A DNA stretch of 63,454 nucleotides, counting the filler, from Octopus bimaculoides (taxonomy: Eukaryota), in the NCBI RefSeq assembly GCF_001194135.2. It is 6 parts of 6 records of this genome, joined end to end, with 100 filler letters (N's around TTAATTAATTAA, not from the genome) between each part and the next. Parts side by side here need not be neighbours in the genome. Positions count along the whole stretch, not along the records: positions 11,219 to 28,837 come from NC_068988.1; positions 28,938 to 49,826 come from NC_068984.1; 4 more parts are not named here. The stretch is one strand, 5' to 3'. This document shows positions 25,375 through 38,500 of the stretch, one piece after another. Made by a program: the position numbers and the translations under genes. Numbering within the stretch: the stretch's first letter is position 1; every line of letters begins with the position of its first letter. The notes beneath the pieces are model-generated. The model had not been told where the DNA came from. It made no database searches and saw only the letters and a list, made by a program, of their open reading frames with translations.

Positions 25375-25610
25375 AAATTGAGATAACAAGGCTAAGGCAG
25401 TGTGATATTTCTAGGACATTTTATAAAGAGAAAAGTAGTCTTACAGCTGCTTCGTGGATATAAAAGATATCCTATCATCAGAGACGATATGTGAGAGTTT
25501 CAATATAAGGAAATGGTAGAATTCATTATCTAAGAAGTTATTTCGGAAAGGGAGAGATACAGGAAGTATAAAGGGAAATATGGGAATCAAAATATTTTTG
25601 GGGATGTTAA
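25375..25610 (-). mobile_element. Short HHR-bearing repeat (solo pLTR-like)
   Basis: Block around the 25438-25485 motif, adjacent to (AT)n. Confidence 0.45.
25438..25485 (-). ncRNA. Hammerhead motif with GAAA>GAAG core change
   Basis: GUCU-CUGAUGA-UA-GGAUAU(CUUUU)AUAUCC-AC-GAAG-CAGCUG-UA-AGAC. Confidence 0.55.
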
Positions 25611-26149
25611 AGTTGCTTTTTCATTATCCTAGGAATGTTCATGAGTCTAGCAACGGTCCTTGACATAGCCTTACCTGCCTTTTGGGTCTTCTGGCTACCA
25701 AACCCTCTCATATATGTTCATGTATGTATGTTCAGTTGGCAGTTGTAAATTTAACATAGTACCGTCCTGTGTAAAATTGTAAGTTCTTTTCGAATTCAGA
25801 TTGGTTTAATTCCAGTAAGATATTCAGATCACCATTTGTAAGACAAGGATGCTGCAAAAACTTCAAACTGTGCTGGGCTGCATGTACAGAGCATTTTCTC
25901 TACTGACTGTTCTGATTTATAAACCTTCCCAAGAGCGACACGGTATTTCTGTTTGCATGCAAATTAACTACAGTATTGATTATAGTGAACACCGTTAGTG
26001 TTGACAAACATACGAACTGACCGGGTGGTACAATCTTTTTACATCACAAATACTGACAATAAACCGTATACCACAATGTGATGTTCTACAGTCTGCAACG
26101 TAGCATACGGCTAATATGCATTGACGTGGACAGTTCAAGGTATGTAACA

Positions 26150-26560
26150 TATTTAACGGATCATTTATTCGCTGGAAAAACAAAACATTGCCTTCCAGAC
26201 AGAGCAATACAACAAAACTTAGTAAAAACTAGCAGTAAAACCCGCCGTTGATAGGGTAATTACTTCTATTGTTTATCGGAAGCCACATTGAACCTGTATC
26301 TTTGCATTTTTAGAAGAGAAAACTATGTAATAATTGAAGTAGAAGAAAGATCAGTATCATACATGAACTTGTGTTTGTTTATATGACAATAATAAGTGAG
26401 TTTTATGTGTTTATTTATCTAGCATTTCTTTGATGTTCGGTTTCAGATGCACGTCGTGCTTTTCTTTTCTTTCGCTGATCTGCAAGTTGTGCGCGTGTCT
26501 TATCGTCGTTTTCTGATGCACGTCGTGCGTTTGTTTGGTGCTCGTTTTGTGACGTTCTTT
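26150..26560 (-). mobile_element. Possible Helitron Rep/Hel N-terminal remnant
   Basis: Repeated ARRASE(N/T) peptide (MFHKKRTSQ...ARRASENDDKTRAQLADQRKKRKARRASETEHQRNAR*), then a C..G.V..P-like segment. Confidence 0.4.
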
Positions 26561-27853
26561 TTTTATGAAACATTTTTTGATAATAAATATCAGTAAGAAA
26601 TAGTTAAATGAAATTCGGACTCTATGTTGCAGTAAAGCAAGGAAAATAGGTATCTCATATAGAAGAATAGTAAGTTATAGTAAAATGAAAGTACAAATGC
26701 TGAGTGAATATTAGAAAGTAATAGTGAAATGAATTTACAAATGCTGAATGGTGTCAATGTTTTTGCTGAAATTCGGACGATATATTACAGCAATGCAGGG
26801 CAAGGCGTTGTGTGGTTGTCTTTTAGTTGGTGTGTCGATGATTTTCGTTTCGCTGTGAATTTGTGTCTGTTTTTGAAAGAAATTTGTATATTTATATCTG
26901 AACGGAGAAGTCAGAAAAATAGGTATGTCCGAAACATGAATGAATATACATATGGTGAAAGTGGACAAAACACTCACTCTTACAATTTTCTTTTATCTTT
27001 TCTTTCTTTTCCCCCTTTACTTGTTTCAGTCATTAGGTTGTGGCCATGCTGGGGCACCGCCTGGACGTATTGATTGACTGCAGAATCTTTTTTTTTTAGT
27101 TTTACTTGTGACAGTCATTANNNNNNNNNNNNNNNNNNNNNNNNNNNNNNNNNNNNNNNNNNNNNNNNNNNNNNNNNNNNNNNNNNNNNNNNNNNNNNNN
27201 NNNNNNNNNNNNNNNNNNNNNNNNNNNNNNNNNNNNNNNNNNNNNNNNNNNNNNNNNNNNNNNNNNNNNNNNNNNNNNNNNNNNNNNNNNNNNNNNNNNN
27301 NNNNNNNNNNNNNNNNNNNNNNNNNNNNNNNNNNNNNNNNNNNNNNNNNNNNNNNNNNNNNNNNNNNNNNNNNNNNNNNNNNNNNNNNNNNNNNNNNNNN
27401 NNNNNNNNNNNNNNNNNNNNNNNNNNNNNNNNNNNNNNNNNNNNNNNNNNNNNNNNNNNNNNNNNNNNNNNNNNNNNNNNNNNNNNNNNNNNNNNNNNNN
27501 NNNNNNNNNNNNNNNNNNNNNNNNNNNNNNNNNNNNNNNNNNNNNNNNNNNNNNNNNNNNNNNNNNNNNNNNNNNNNNNNNNNNNNNNNNNNNNNNNNNN
27601 NNNNNNNNNNNNNNNNNNNNNNNNNNNNNNNNNNNNNNNNNNNNNNNNNNNNNNNNNNNNNNNNNNNNNNNNNNNNNNNNNNNNNNNNNNNNNNNNNNNN
27701 NNNNNNNNNNNNNNNNNNNNNNNNNNNNNNNNNNNNNNNNNNNNNNNNNNNNNNNNNNNNNNNNNNNNNNNNNNNNNNNNNNNNNNNNNNNNNNNNNNNN
27801 NNNNNNNNNNNNNNNNNNNNNNNNNNNNNNNNNNNNNNNNNNNNNNNNNNNNN

Positions 27854-28681
27854 GCTGCTCGTCCAGAATACCCAAGTTTATGCAAATATGTAACACACGT
27901 TCTTGGACTAACTTCTAGCTATTCAATAAAATCGCCATTGGCTTTAACCACGTCCTCCAGACGACTTCGGAATCTCCTGCAATTCTTCTGGACGGTCTCC
28001 TTATTTATGTTGGTGAATGCTGCCATAATGCTTGACTTCAGTTCATCTTTGGTGCTACAATGAGATTTGTTGGTCTCTCGCTTAACTGTGCTCCACACAT
28101 AATAATCAAGGGGGTTGCAGTTTGGGGAGTTAGGTGGCCAGATGTTAGGGGTGATGTGGTTAGAGAAATTGTCTGACACCTATGACTGGGTTCTCCTCCT
28201 TGTATGGTATGGTGCAGAGTCCTGTTGTCAGACATAGGGACTTCCAGCAGCCATCCTCTTGATCAAGGGCAGCACTACTTGCTCCGGGCATTTCATGTTG
28301 AGTTTGAGGCCGTGTGGGAAGATGAATGGAGGTATAACATCACTATTACTAGAGATCACTCCAAACATCATGATGTTGACTGGATGTTTAATTTTTATCA
28401 CTCTCGGTACATGTCCTTACTGTCCTTAGATTGCACTGTCCTCAGATTGTCACTCAGATACTCTGATATGTTCGTACTGGAGCTTCCGGTATGAATGCCA
28501 AGCAGTACAGCATGTCATTTCCAAATTTCTGACAGAGTGAGTTGCGCCATGGTGCTGTTTTTCTCACAGACGATGCTCAACTGACCCTCCTATACTGTGT
28601 AGTCAACAAAATCAAAAACAAACAATGCGCATGCGCGATATCAAAAATATAAAATGGCAACAATTTACCCATTGCACCCTG
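27854..28681 (-). mobile_element. Tc1/mariner transposon remnant
   Basis: TA|CAGGGTG terminus at 28681; QQDSAPYH, WPPNSPNCNPLDYYVW, RFRSRLEDVVKANGDFIE. Confidence 0.88.
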
Positions 28682-28689
28682 TATGTATG

Positions 28690-28744
<55 letters not shown>

Positions 28745-28937
28745 GACTTACTTGTAAAATAGGACGTGTGCGTTCAATAATGTAATAATACAAAGAATAT
28801 ATATACATGTATACACACATATATGTACATACTTACANNNNNNNNNNNNNNNNNNNNNNNNNNNNNNNNNNNNNNNNNNNNTTAATTAATTAANNNNNNN
28901 NNNNNNNNNNNNNNNNNNNNNNNNNNNNNNNNNNNNN

Positions 28938-29224
28938 TGGCCGCATCTCTGTACATGGCTCGCACAGCTCTCACTAGCCATTCTTCTATCCCAAGTTTCC
29001 TCATTGACCACCAGATAAGGGATCGGGGGACCCTGTCAAAGGCTTTCTCCATGTCAACGAAAGCCAGGTACAGAGGTTTATCCTTGGCTAGGTATTTCTC
29101 TTGCAACTGTCTCACTAGAAATAAGGCATCAGTAGTGCTTTTACCTGGCACGAACCCAAACTGCATCTCATCTAAATTGATTCGCTCCCTAATTAGTTGG
29201 GCTATGACCCTCTCTGTAACTTTC
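28938..29224 (-). mobile_element. RTE-clade LINE RT fragment, 5'-truncated, running into the scaffold end
   Basis: QFGFVPGKSTTDALF, LAFVDMEKAFDRVPR. Confidence 0.92.
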
Positions 29225-29774
29225 GAACAATAATAAGAACAATAACAACAACAACAACAACAATAATAATTTCAAATTTTGGCACAAGGCCAGCAGATCT
29301 AGGGTAGGGGTGAGTCAATTACATCGACCCCAGTGCTCAACTGGTACTTATTTTATTGACCCTGAAAGGATGAAGGGCAAAGTTAACCACAGTGAAATTT
29401 AAACTCAGAAGCCAAAGTCAGAAGAAATGCTGCTAAGCATTTTGTCAGGAGCAGTAACAATCTGCCAACTCACTGCCTTAATAGTAGTAATAATAATAAT
29501 AATAATGATTTCAAATTTTGGCACAGAGTCAGCAGTTTTGTGGAAGCCAATTAAATTGCAAACCCCACACAGTACTTGACTGGTGCTTATTTTATTGACA
29601 CTAAAAAAATGAAAAGTGAAGACAACTTCACAGCCTTTGAAGTGAGAATGTAAAGCCAAAAGAAATGCCGCAAAGCGTTTTGTCCAGCGTGCTAAAGGTT
29701 ATTCCAGCTTGCTGCCTTAACAATAATAATAACAACATCTTACAGTAGCACAAGAACAAATTTTTTTTTTTTTT

Positions 29775-30026
29775 GGCATGTAAAAAACACCTTTTTGAGC
29801 GTGGCCGTTGCCAGTACCGCATGACTGGCCTTCGTGCCGGTGGCACGTAAAAGCACCCACTACACTTTCGGAGTGGTTGGCATTAGGAAGGGCATCCAGC
29901 TGTAGAAACTCTGCCAAATCAGATTGGAGCTTGGTGTAGCCATCTGGTTCACCAGTCTTCAGTCAAGTTGTCCAACCCTTGCTAGCATGGAAAGCAGACG
30001 TTAAACAATGATGATGATGATGATGG
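29775..30026 (+). mobile_element. SINE family C with (GAT)n tail (RTE-type 3' end)
   Basis: AAGGGCATCCAGCTGTAGAAAC...GCATGGAAAGCAGACGTTAAAC-(GAT)n. Confidence 0.85.
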
Positions 30027-30262
30027 TGAGTTAAGTAAAAAAAGAGAAACTACTAGTACTAAACTAGAACTTAATTTCATGAAACCCCCCACAAAAAGTC
30101 AAATGCAAAGTAGACCCCAGTGGAATTTAAATTCAGAATGTAGAGAGGCACAAAAAAAACAAACTGCAAGACATTTATATTTGGTACTGTATTGATTTTG
30201 TTACCCTATAACAAACACATCAGATAAATACATTAATTTGTACACATAACAAAAAAACAAAC

Positions 30263-30391
30263 CTTGTGATTTTCTGCTTTCACTTCCATTCCTCCTTTAC
30301 GAGAAGAAGTAGGGGCTTGAAGTGCAGAAACTGCATGCAAGTTAGGATCATTTTCAAGCTTCCCATCTCTCTCTTCAGGGATTACCATTAG
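30263..30391 (-). CDS. ERCC4: XPF exon n ([43 protein letters not shown])
   Basis: tcacag| acceptor, |gtttgt donor; 129 nt, phase 0/0; matches XPF MVVPEERE...TRKAGG. Confidence 0.93.
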
Positions 30392-32440
30392 CTGTGAATG
30401 GAAAGTGGTTAATGATAAGATATTGATATCACAGGGATGTGAGGGTGGATGAGTGAGTGTCAGTTGTTGTTTAGACCTAGACTTGTCCAATCAATCAATC
30501 CTGAAAGATTAAAAAGAAAAAAAAATAAGGATATGGTCCCAGCAAGATATGAACTGAGTAGACACAGAGACATGACTTAAACATCCACAAGCATTTTGTT
30601 CAGCATTCAACTATATCAGTGACTTGACTGTCATCATCATCATCATCATCATCATTTAACGTCTGCTTTCCATGCTAGCATGGGTTGGACGATTTGACTG
30701 AGAACTGCTGAACCAGATGACTACACCAGGCTCCTATCTGATTTGGCAGAGTTTCTACAGCTGGATGCCCTTCCTAATGCCAACCACTCCAAGAGTGTAG
30801 ACCACTCCGAGAGTGTAGTACCACTCCGAGAGTGTAGCACCACTCTGAGAGTGTCATGTAATGATAATAACGGTTTCTAATAAAGACACAAGGACAGTCA
30901 TTTTGAGAGTTGAGGGTTAGTCAATATCAACCAAGTATTTGATTAATACTTTATTGACCCCCACAAGGCCAGCAGTTCTAGGGGAGGGGTGAGTCAATTA
31001 CATCGACCCCAGTACTCAACTAGTACTTATTTTATTGACCCTGAAAGGATGAAGGGCAAAGTTAACCACAGCGAAATTTAAGCTCAGAAGCCTAAGTCAG
31101 AAGAAATGCTGCAAAGCATTTTGTCAGGTGCAAGGTTGACCCTAGTGGTATTTGAATTCAAAGTGGCTGTGTGGTAAGTAGCTTGCTTACCAACCACATG
31201 GTTCCGGGTTCAGTCCCACTGCGTGGCACCTTGGGCAAGTGTCTTCTACTATAGCCTCGAGCCGACCAAAGCCTTGTGAGTGGATTTGGTAGACGGAAAC
31301 TGAAAGAAGCCCGTCATCATCATCATCATCATCATCATCGTTTAACGTCCGCTTTCCATGCTAGCATGGGTTGGACGATTTGACTGAGGACTGGTGAAAC
31401 CGGATGGCAACACCAGGCTCNNNNNNNNNNNNNNNNNNNNNNNNNNNNNNNNNNNNNNNNNNNNNNNNNNNNNNNNNNNNNNNNNNNNNNNNNNNNNNNN
31501 NNNNNNNNNNNNNNNNNNNNNNNNNNNNNNNNNNNNNNNNNNNNNNNNNNNNNNNNNNNNNNNNNNNNNNNNNNNNNNNNNNNNNNNNNNNNNNNNNNNN
31601 NNNNNNNNNNNNNNNNNNNNNNNNNNNNNNNNNNNNNNNNNNNNNNNNNNNNNNNNNNNNNNNNNNNNNNNNNNNNNNNNNNNNNNNNNNNNNNNNNNNN
31701 NNNNNNNNNNNNNNNNNNNNNNNNNNNNNNNNNNNNNNNNNNNNNNNNNNNNNNNNNNNNNNNNNNNNNNNNNNNNNNNNNNNNNNNNNNNNNNNNNNNN
31801 NNNNNNNNNNNNNNNNNNNNNNNNNNNNNNNNNNNNNNNNNNNNNNNNNNNNNNNNNNNNNNNNNNNNNNNNNNNNNNNNNNNNNNNNNNNNNNNNNNNN
31901 NNNNNNNNNNNNNNNNNNNNNNNNNNNNNNNNNNNNNNNNNNNNNNNNNNNNNNNNNNNNNNNNNNNNNNNNNNNNNNNNNNNNNNNNNNNNNNNNNNNN
32001 NNNNNNNNNNNNNNNNNNNNNNNNNNNNNNNNNNNNNNNNNNNNNNNNNNNNNNNNNNNNNNNNNNNNNNNNNNNNNNNNNNNNNNNNNNNNNNNNNNNN
32101 NNNNNNNNNNNNNNNNNNNNNNNNNNNNNNNNNNNNNNNNNNNNNNNNNNNNNNNNNNNNNNNNNNNNNNNNNNNNNNNNNNNNNNNNNNNNNNNNNNNN
32201 NNNNNNNNNNNNNNNNNNNNNNNNNNNNNNNNNNNNNNNNNNNNNNNNNNNNNNNNNNNNNNNNNNNNNNNNNNNNNNNNNNNNNNNNNNNNNNNNNNNN
32301 NNNNNNNNNNNNNNNNNNNNNNNNNNNNNNNNNACTACTAACTTGGTCGCCCAGATAGCGGAAGCTATCGACTACCTCTAGTTTTTCACCCTGGAATGAG
32401 ATAGAAGTTGTTTCCTGTTTGCTTACAGTCTTTATTGTGT

Positions 32441-32486
<46 letters not shown>

Positions 32487-35381
32487 GTCTCCCCAACATC
32501 GCTTGACAACCGATGCTGGTGTGTTTACGTCCCTGTAACTTAGCGGTTCGGCAAAAGATATCGATAGAATAAGTACTAGGCTTCCAAAGAATAAGTCCTG
32601 GGGTCGATGTGCTCGACTAAAGGTGGTGCTCCAGCATGGCCGCAGTCAAATGACTGAAACAAGTAAAAGAGTAAACTAGAACAATATATTACCAGGTACT
32701 TATTCCGACACAAATGACTTACGCAGCTCACTGTCCTTTTATTTAATAATAATGGTCTCAGACTTTGGTACAGAGTCAGAAAAGTTAAGGAGAAGGGTGA
32801 GTTGATTATATTGATCCTAGTGCTGAACAGGTACTTATTTTATAGATGCCAAAAGGATGAAATGTAGAGTCAATCTTGTAGAATTTGAACTCTGAACATA
32901 AAGAGGTGGAAGATATACCGTTAAGCATCACAAGTTAACATGTCTGCCAGCTCGTCACCTTCAAAATAATAAAAGTCTTTGCTTTTACAAGCGAATACAG
33001 ATGTTAGAGAAGGAACAGAACCAATCAAACCAACTCCAAATTAGTACTTACTTAATTTGCACCAAAAGGTAAAGGCAAAATTTGAATTTGGAATGAGACG
33101 GGAGATAACTAAGGCAATTTTCTTGTTACTCTGACAGGTTTGCTATCCATTGCCATTATGATAACAATAACAATACATTTAATAATAAATAAACAAGTGG
33201 AAGAAATAATGATGACTACTTACAGCCTTTTCTTTGATAAGGAACTCAAAGGCTTCTTTTTCTTTACGAAGAGTAGTTAGATACTGTTGTTCTTCAACAG
33301 AATTGCTGTATATTAAGAAGTAGACCCGTAAAGGAACATGTGGCCTTGTAGCATGATAGACCTGTTGAATGAAAGAGAAAAACATGAATATTTTAATAAA
33401 GAGAAGAAAAACTTATTCAAGAGAGATGTGGATAAACTGAATTATATATCATAAGCGAAATCGTCAGGCAAGCAAATGACATGATAACCCATCTAATGTT
33501 GGTGCTATGATAAAATACACCCACTACACAGTAAAATGGTTGGCAATAAGAAAAATACTCAGTTGCAGAAAACATGCCAAAAACAGAACATACAAAAACA
33601 AAATGTGATCTCCAACCATTCTAAGAGAGCAGTAATGCAAAATAAGAACTGACTTAGTAAGTGATGACTTATCTAATCCATGCCAGCATAAAACAGCAGA
33701 TGCAAATATCAGCTATGATAACAATAATGATCAATCAAGTGCGTGTGGTTTCAAAGTGTTTTATATTTTTAAGGTTATCAACATCAATTATATTTTAGCA
33801 TCTGTCTTTTCATGATGATTATCAGCATCTCTATCACCATTATCAGTTTTACACCAATCATTTTTATCTGTTTTGCATGTTGGCATTAGTTGTCCAAGTA
33901 TAGTATCAAAAAACCATTCAGCTTCATGCAATCACTAGTTAGTGCACTACATAAAAACCTTCCAAATTTTCAGTCTTGTTTTGACTTTTGTTAAATCCAA
34001 TGCACTCAGTTCTGACAAAATTACTTCTCAGGTTTGACTATCTTAGGTTGATCTTTTTTCATCTATTTTGAGAATGGCCACTTCATATGACCATAATTTA
34101 CCCTCTTAGACCTCTACTCCACATTAGTCTACTTTTTCCATGAGATGACAAAGTACTAGATAATCTGTTAGGGAGGGAAGAGTGATGGTTTAATCCAATA
34201 GCACAGTGGTGTGTCTGTGGCTAAGATGCTTAGTTGTCAACAGTCAAATCCACCACTTAGTTTTTGAATGCCTTAATAGAGTTCATTATGTTGCAAGTAC
34301 TGGGTTGCAAGCACTAGGTCACCGAGTTGAGAATCCCTTCTTCTTTCCTCCCACCAGGGGGTCCTAAATAAATTTAAAAAAAAAAGAGATGGGCACTGCC
34401 TTTCTGACAATAAATTTAAAAAAAAAAAATGTTTAGCCTCATAATCCCTTCTGAGATCACAATCAGGTATCTTAAGTGATCATATCTTAGATATAGTTTG
34501 AACTCCTTAAACCCTCAGTCTTATACCCAGTTCAGTAATAATAAGAATTTATTGGAGACATAGGACTTTAAAAGGACTTGCCTCCAGTTCTCTCACAAAC
34601 TTCATGCAGGAATCATACAGGATTACATAATGTGGGTTTATCTCCCAGAGAGTACGCTGCAATCCAAGAGAATCAGAGCCGCCATGGATTGGATGGATTA
34701 TGACAGCTGGTTGTGAAAGGATTCCATAGTAAGCATCCTGAGAAGAACACCTGAAATTCTCTTCCTCGTTGATTTCCTACAAAGTCAAAATTAGATCAAT
34801 GTTTAATATGTTTAGTTGCAAAATGGAAAGACAAGATATACAACAGTGTAGTTTTTAAAATATATTCACTAGAATTTGAAGATCAGTCACAGATCAGCCC
34901 TGGAGGAACAGATATATGATCAAAAAGTGTTCTGGTAATGACCTCACATTTCGTTTCTAAGCATCAGTTATCTAGTTAATACTACATTAGTCAGTTTTGT
35001 CTTAGATATCACCATTTTAAAGACAGTGAAGTATCATTTTAAAGAATTTTGTTGCTATTTCTTACACAACAAGTATTGGCTGCTCCCTTGTCAGCTTGTT
35101 AGGAGACTTGTTGTGGATCTGTGTTAGTAGGAGTAAAAGTAAAAAAATATAAAAATATAAATGGTCAATAGGAGATGTATATCTAACATTTTGAGCAGCA
35201 CAGCACTTCAACAAATCAGCAATGTCCTTCTTATTTCATAACAACAAAGTATTTATTATTTCCTCTGAATCAAAATAACACATCTTAATTACATATAGTT
35301 TTTTTCAACAGGTAGTACTTACCACTTTGACAGCAAAAGGGGACCAGTCAATAAATAAATATTAATTAAATTAATAAGTGA

Positions 35382-35414
<33 letters not shown>

Positions 35415-38049
35415 TGTTAGATACCTCTTCAGTGTTTAACCTTGAAGCTATGTCTTCTGGCTCCATTTCTGTCAACTCAACTGAAGTTGCTTCTTTAGTA
35501 GATTTTGTTTTTGTTATTTTTTGTTTCTTCTTCTTTGGAGACTGTAATTATATATGCATGCATATATATATATACCGGAGTAAACATAAATGTGCAACAA
35601 GGTGGAAAAAAAGAGTACTCAAATACCAGAGGTCGAGTAATATGCTTTATTTAAATGCAGCAGAAACATAAGAAAAAACTTTTACTCAGAGTTTCACATT
35701 CCCGTTCATCTGATGAACGGGAATGTGAAACTCCGAGTAACAGTTTTTTGTTATATTTCTGCTGCTTTTAAATAAAGTATATATATATATATATATATCG
35801 ACATGCATATGCATATGTATGTATATAAGAGGAGAGCAGAGAGGGAAGACAACAAAGTGAGAGAGACAGCAAGGGATAAAGTGTGAGAGAGTGATGAAGT
35901 ACAAAGTAAGAGAGAGGGAGAGAAAAAGAAAAAAGAATTAAATTAAAAACTACAAAAAGGTATAAATGCTTATTCTAAATACTAGATAAATAAATTTATC
36001 TAAATTTGATATCATGTTATGATCAGAAGTAACAATTCCTCTCTGACTTATTACATTTACAGAAAATGGCTAAATTCCATAGTGTAATCTAATAAAATTC
36101 ACCAGTTTTACAATGTTACAACTGTTTAAAACACTTGAAATGCTTAGCCCTTTAGCATTCAGATCACCCAGTCAAATGTAACCATTATTTATTCATATAG
36201 TTTTGAACTATCAAGCATTATCCTGTAGCTTTGATTTCAATGATGTGATTTTTATTTTCAGAATGACATTGTAGGATAGGAGAGAAAGGCTGGATTTGGC
36301 CATTTTGAACATAAAACTGGTAGAATATTTGGGCCTGAAATGGCCAGTTTAAATGCTAAAAGGCTCAAGTGTTTTAGCCAATGCATACAGTAAGTATTCT
36401 TACAACATCAACTGTTGATCTCCATGACAAGTACTATGTACTTGTCATGGAATTTTCATGGGTTTCTTATTGTCTTCCTTTGGGTACTGTTTTTATAAGA
36501 CACCACATTGTCCGCTAGACCCAGACAAGTTTGCTACACTAAACTGCTTGTTTGGAGAGTTAAAAATAGAAATAACACAAAGCATTTTGTCCAATGCCCT
36601 AAAAATTCTGTCACCTCAACACCCTGGACTGGTACTTTGTACTTTCAATCCCTAAATGATGAAAGGTGAAACTGACCTCAGCAAGATTTGAACTCCAAAC
36701 AATGAGCATGAACAAATACTGCAAAACATTTTATCTAATGCTACCAATTCCCTACAGCAGTTAAAGGACTCAGCAAGCTGATAATTTGCTGTTGTCGAAT
36801 ATGTAAATGATACAAATGTTGTTGCTTAGCCCCAGGTCAGCTTTCATTAAGTAGACTATAGTCAAAATGCATTAGAATTGTGATCATCCAGTATATTTTT
36901 CTTTCTTTCTCATTTTTTTTTTTTCAGATACAATATATCTAGGTCCACATTTTACTATTTGTCCTTCCCTACTCCTTAAGACAAGAGGGTGCAATTTGAA
37001 GGAAATAGAGTTCCCTTCATGACTTGGCAATTTATTAATATTCTGTGATACTGCTTTGCTGATGTCAAATCAAATCATAGGTAGAGCTGGAGTAAAAAGG
37101 GCCTCTACTAAAATGACTTGCCCTTAAAAAATAGAAGTCATCCGATATTTTAATAGATTTAGGGAATTATCATTATGATCATAAACAGACTCCAGTTATC
37201 TTGGTCTACTATCTAAACACTTATTTAATCATCTTGATAATGGAGAAATACTGGAAAATTTGGAAATATAGCAATAGGAATTCTTACTGTAACTTCCATA
37301 TATTTGCCTTTTGATGCCAAATATTTGTTGTAGAGAGAAGCTAGAGTATTTTTACCACCTCTTGATAAAAACTGAAATAGAAAAATATAAAGACAGAGTA
37401 TTAAATGAAAACTCACACATGAACACACATATACAGATGCAAATACATACACACATACAGACATATATACACATATATATAAACAAATACATACGTTGAA
37501 AATCATGTCATCACATACCCCTTCACATATATCATCATCATCATCATCATCATTTAACGTCCGCTTTCCATGATAGCATGGGTTGGACGATTTGACAGAG
37601 GACTGGCAAGCCAGAAGGCTGCACCAGGCTCCAATCTGGTCTGGCAGAGTTTCTACAGCTGGATGCCCTTCCTAATGCCAACCACTCAGAGAGTGTAGTG
37701 GGTGCTTTCACGTGTCACCGGCACGAGGGCCAAACCATTTTATAGGGTGTAGCAGATGTACTTTTTATGGCACCAATACAAGATAAGCTATCATGCCCTA
37801 GGCAAGACTAGAACCCACCGCACTTGAGAGGGAGAATAGGAGAGAGGTTGATGACTTTTGGGAAAATGTTGAGAGAAGTTAAAGTATGACTGAAGGAACA
37901 TTTTAGTGTTGGTGTCATAGAAATTGCACCTGCTACACTCAGTAAAATGTTTGACAAATCAAGCAGATACAATGCAAGATCAGTGCTGGTACAATGATAA
38001 CATGAATGCAGTATGGTGTCTGTGAACTGTGGCATTAGTGTGTGTGTGT

Positions 38050-38081
<32 letters not shown>

Positions 38082-38468
38082 AAGAGATAGAGAGAGAAAG
38101 AGAGAGATNNNNNNNNNNNNNNNNNNNNNNNNNNNNNNNNNNNNNNNNNNNNNNNNNNNNNNNNNNNNNNNNNNNNNNNNNNNNNNNNNNNNNNNNNNNN
38201 NNNNNNNNNNNNNNNNNNNNNNNNNNNNNNNNNNNNNNNNNNNNNNNNNNNNNNNNNNGAGAGAGGTTGATGACTTTTGGGAAAATGTTGAGAGAAGTTA
38301 AAGTATGACTGAAGGAACATTTTAGTGTTGGTGTCATAGAAATTGCACCTGCTACACTCAGTAAAATGTTTGACAAATCAAGCAGATACAATGCAAGATC
38401 AGTGCTGGTACAATGATAACATGAATGCAGTATGGTGTCTGTGAACTGTGGCATTAGTGTGTGTGTGT

Positions 38469-38500
<32 letters not shown>

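Noticed and set aside
25620-26140. Candidate location of the missing XPF nuclease exons
   Set aside because: The frames I translated around its splice-like signals contain stops, and none shows a VDMREF, GDY or ERK motif.
30783-30855. CRISPR-like short repeat array
   Set aside because: No unique spacers, no cas genes, eukaryotic context; a simple tandem of SINE sequence.
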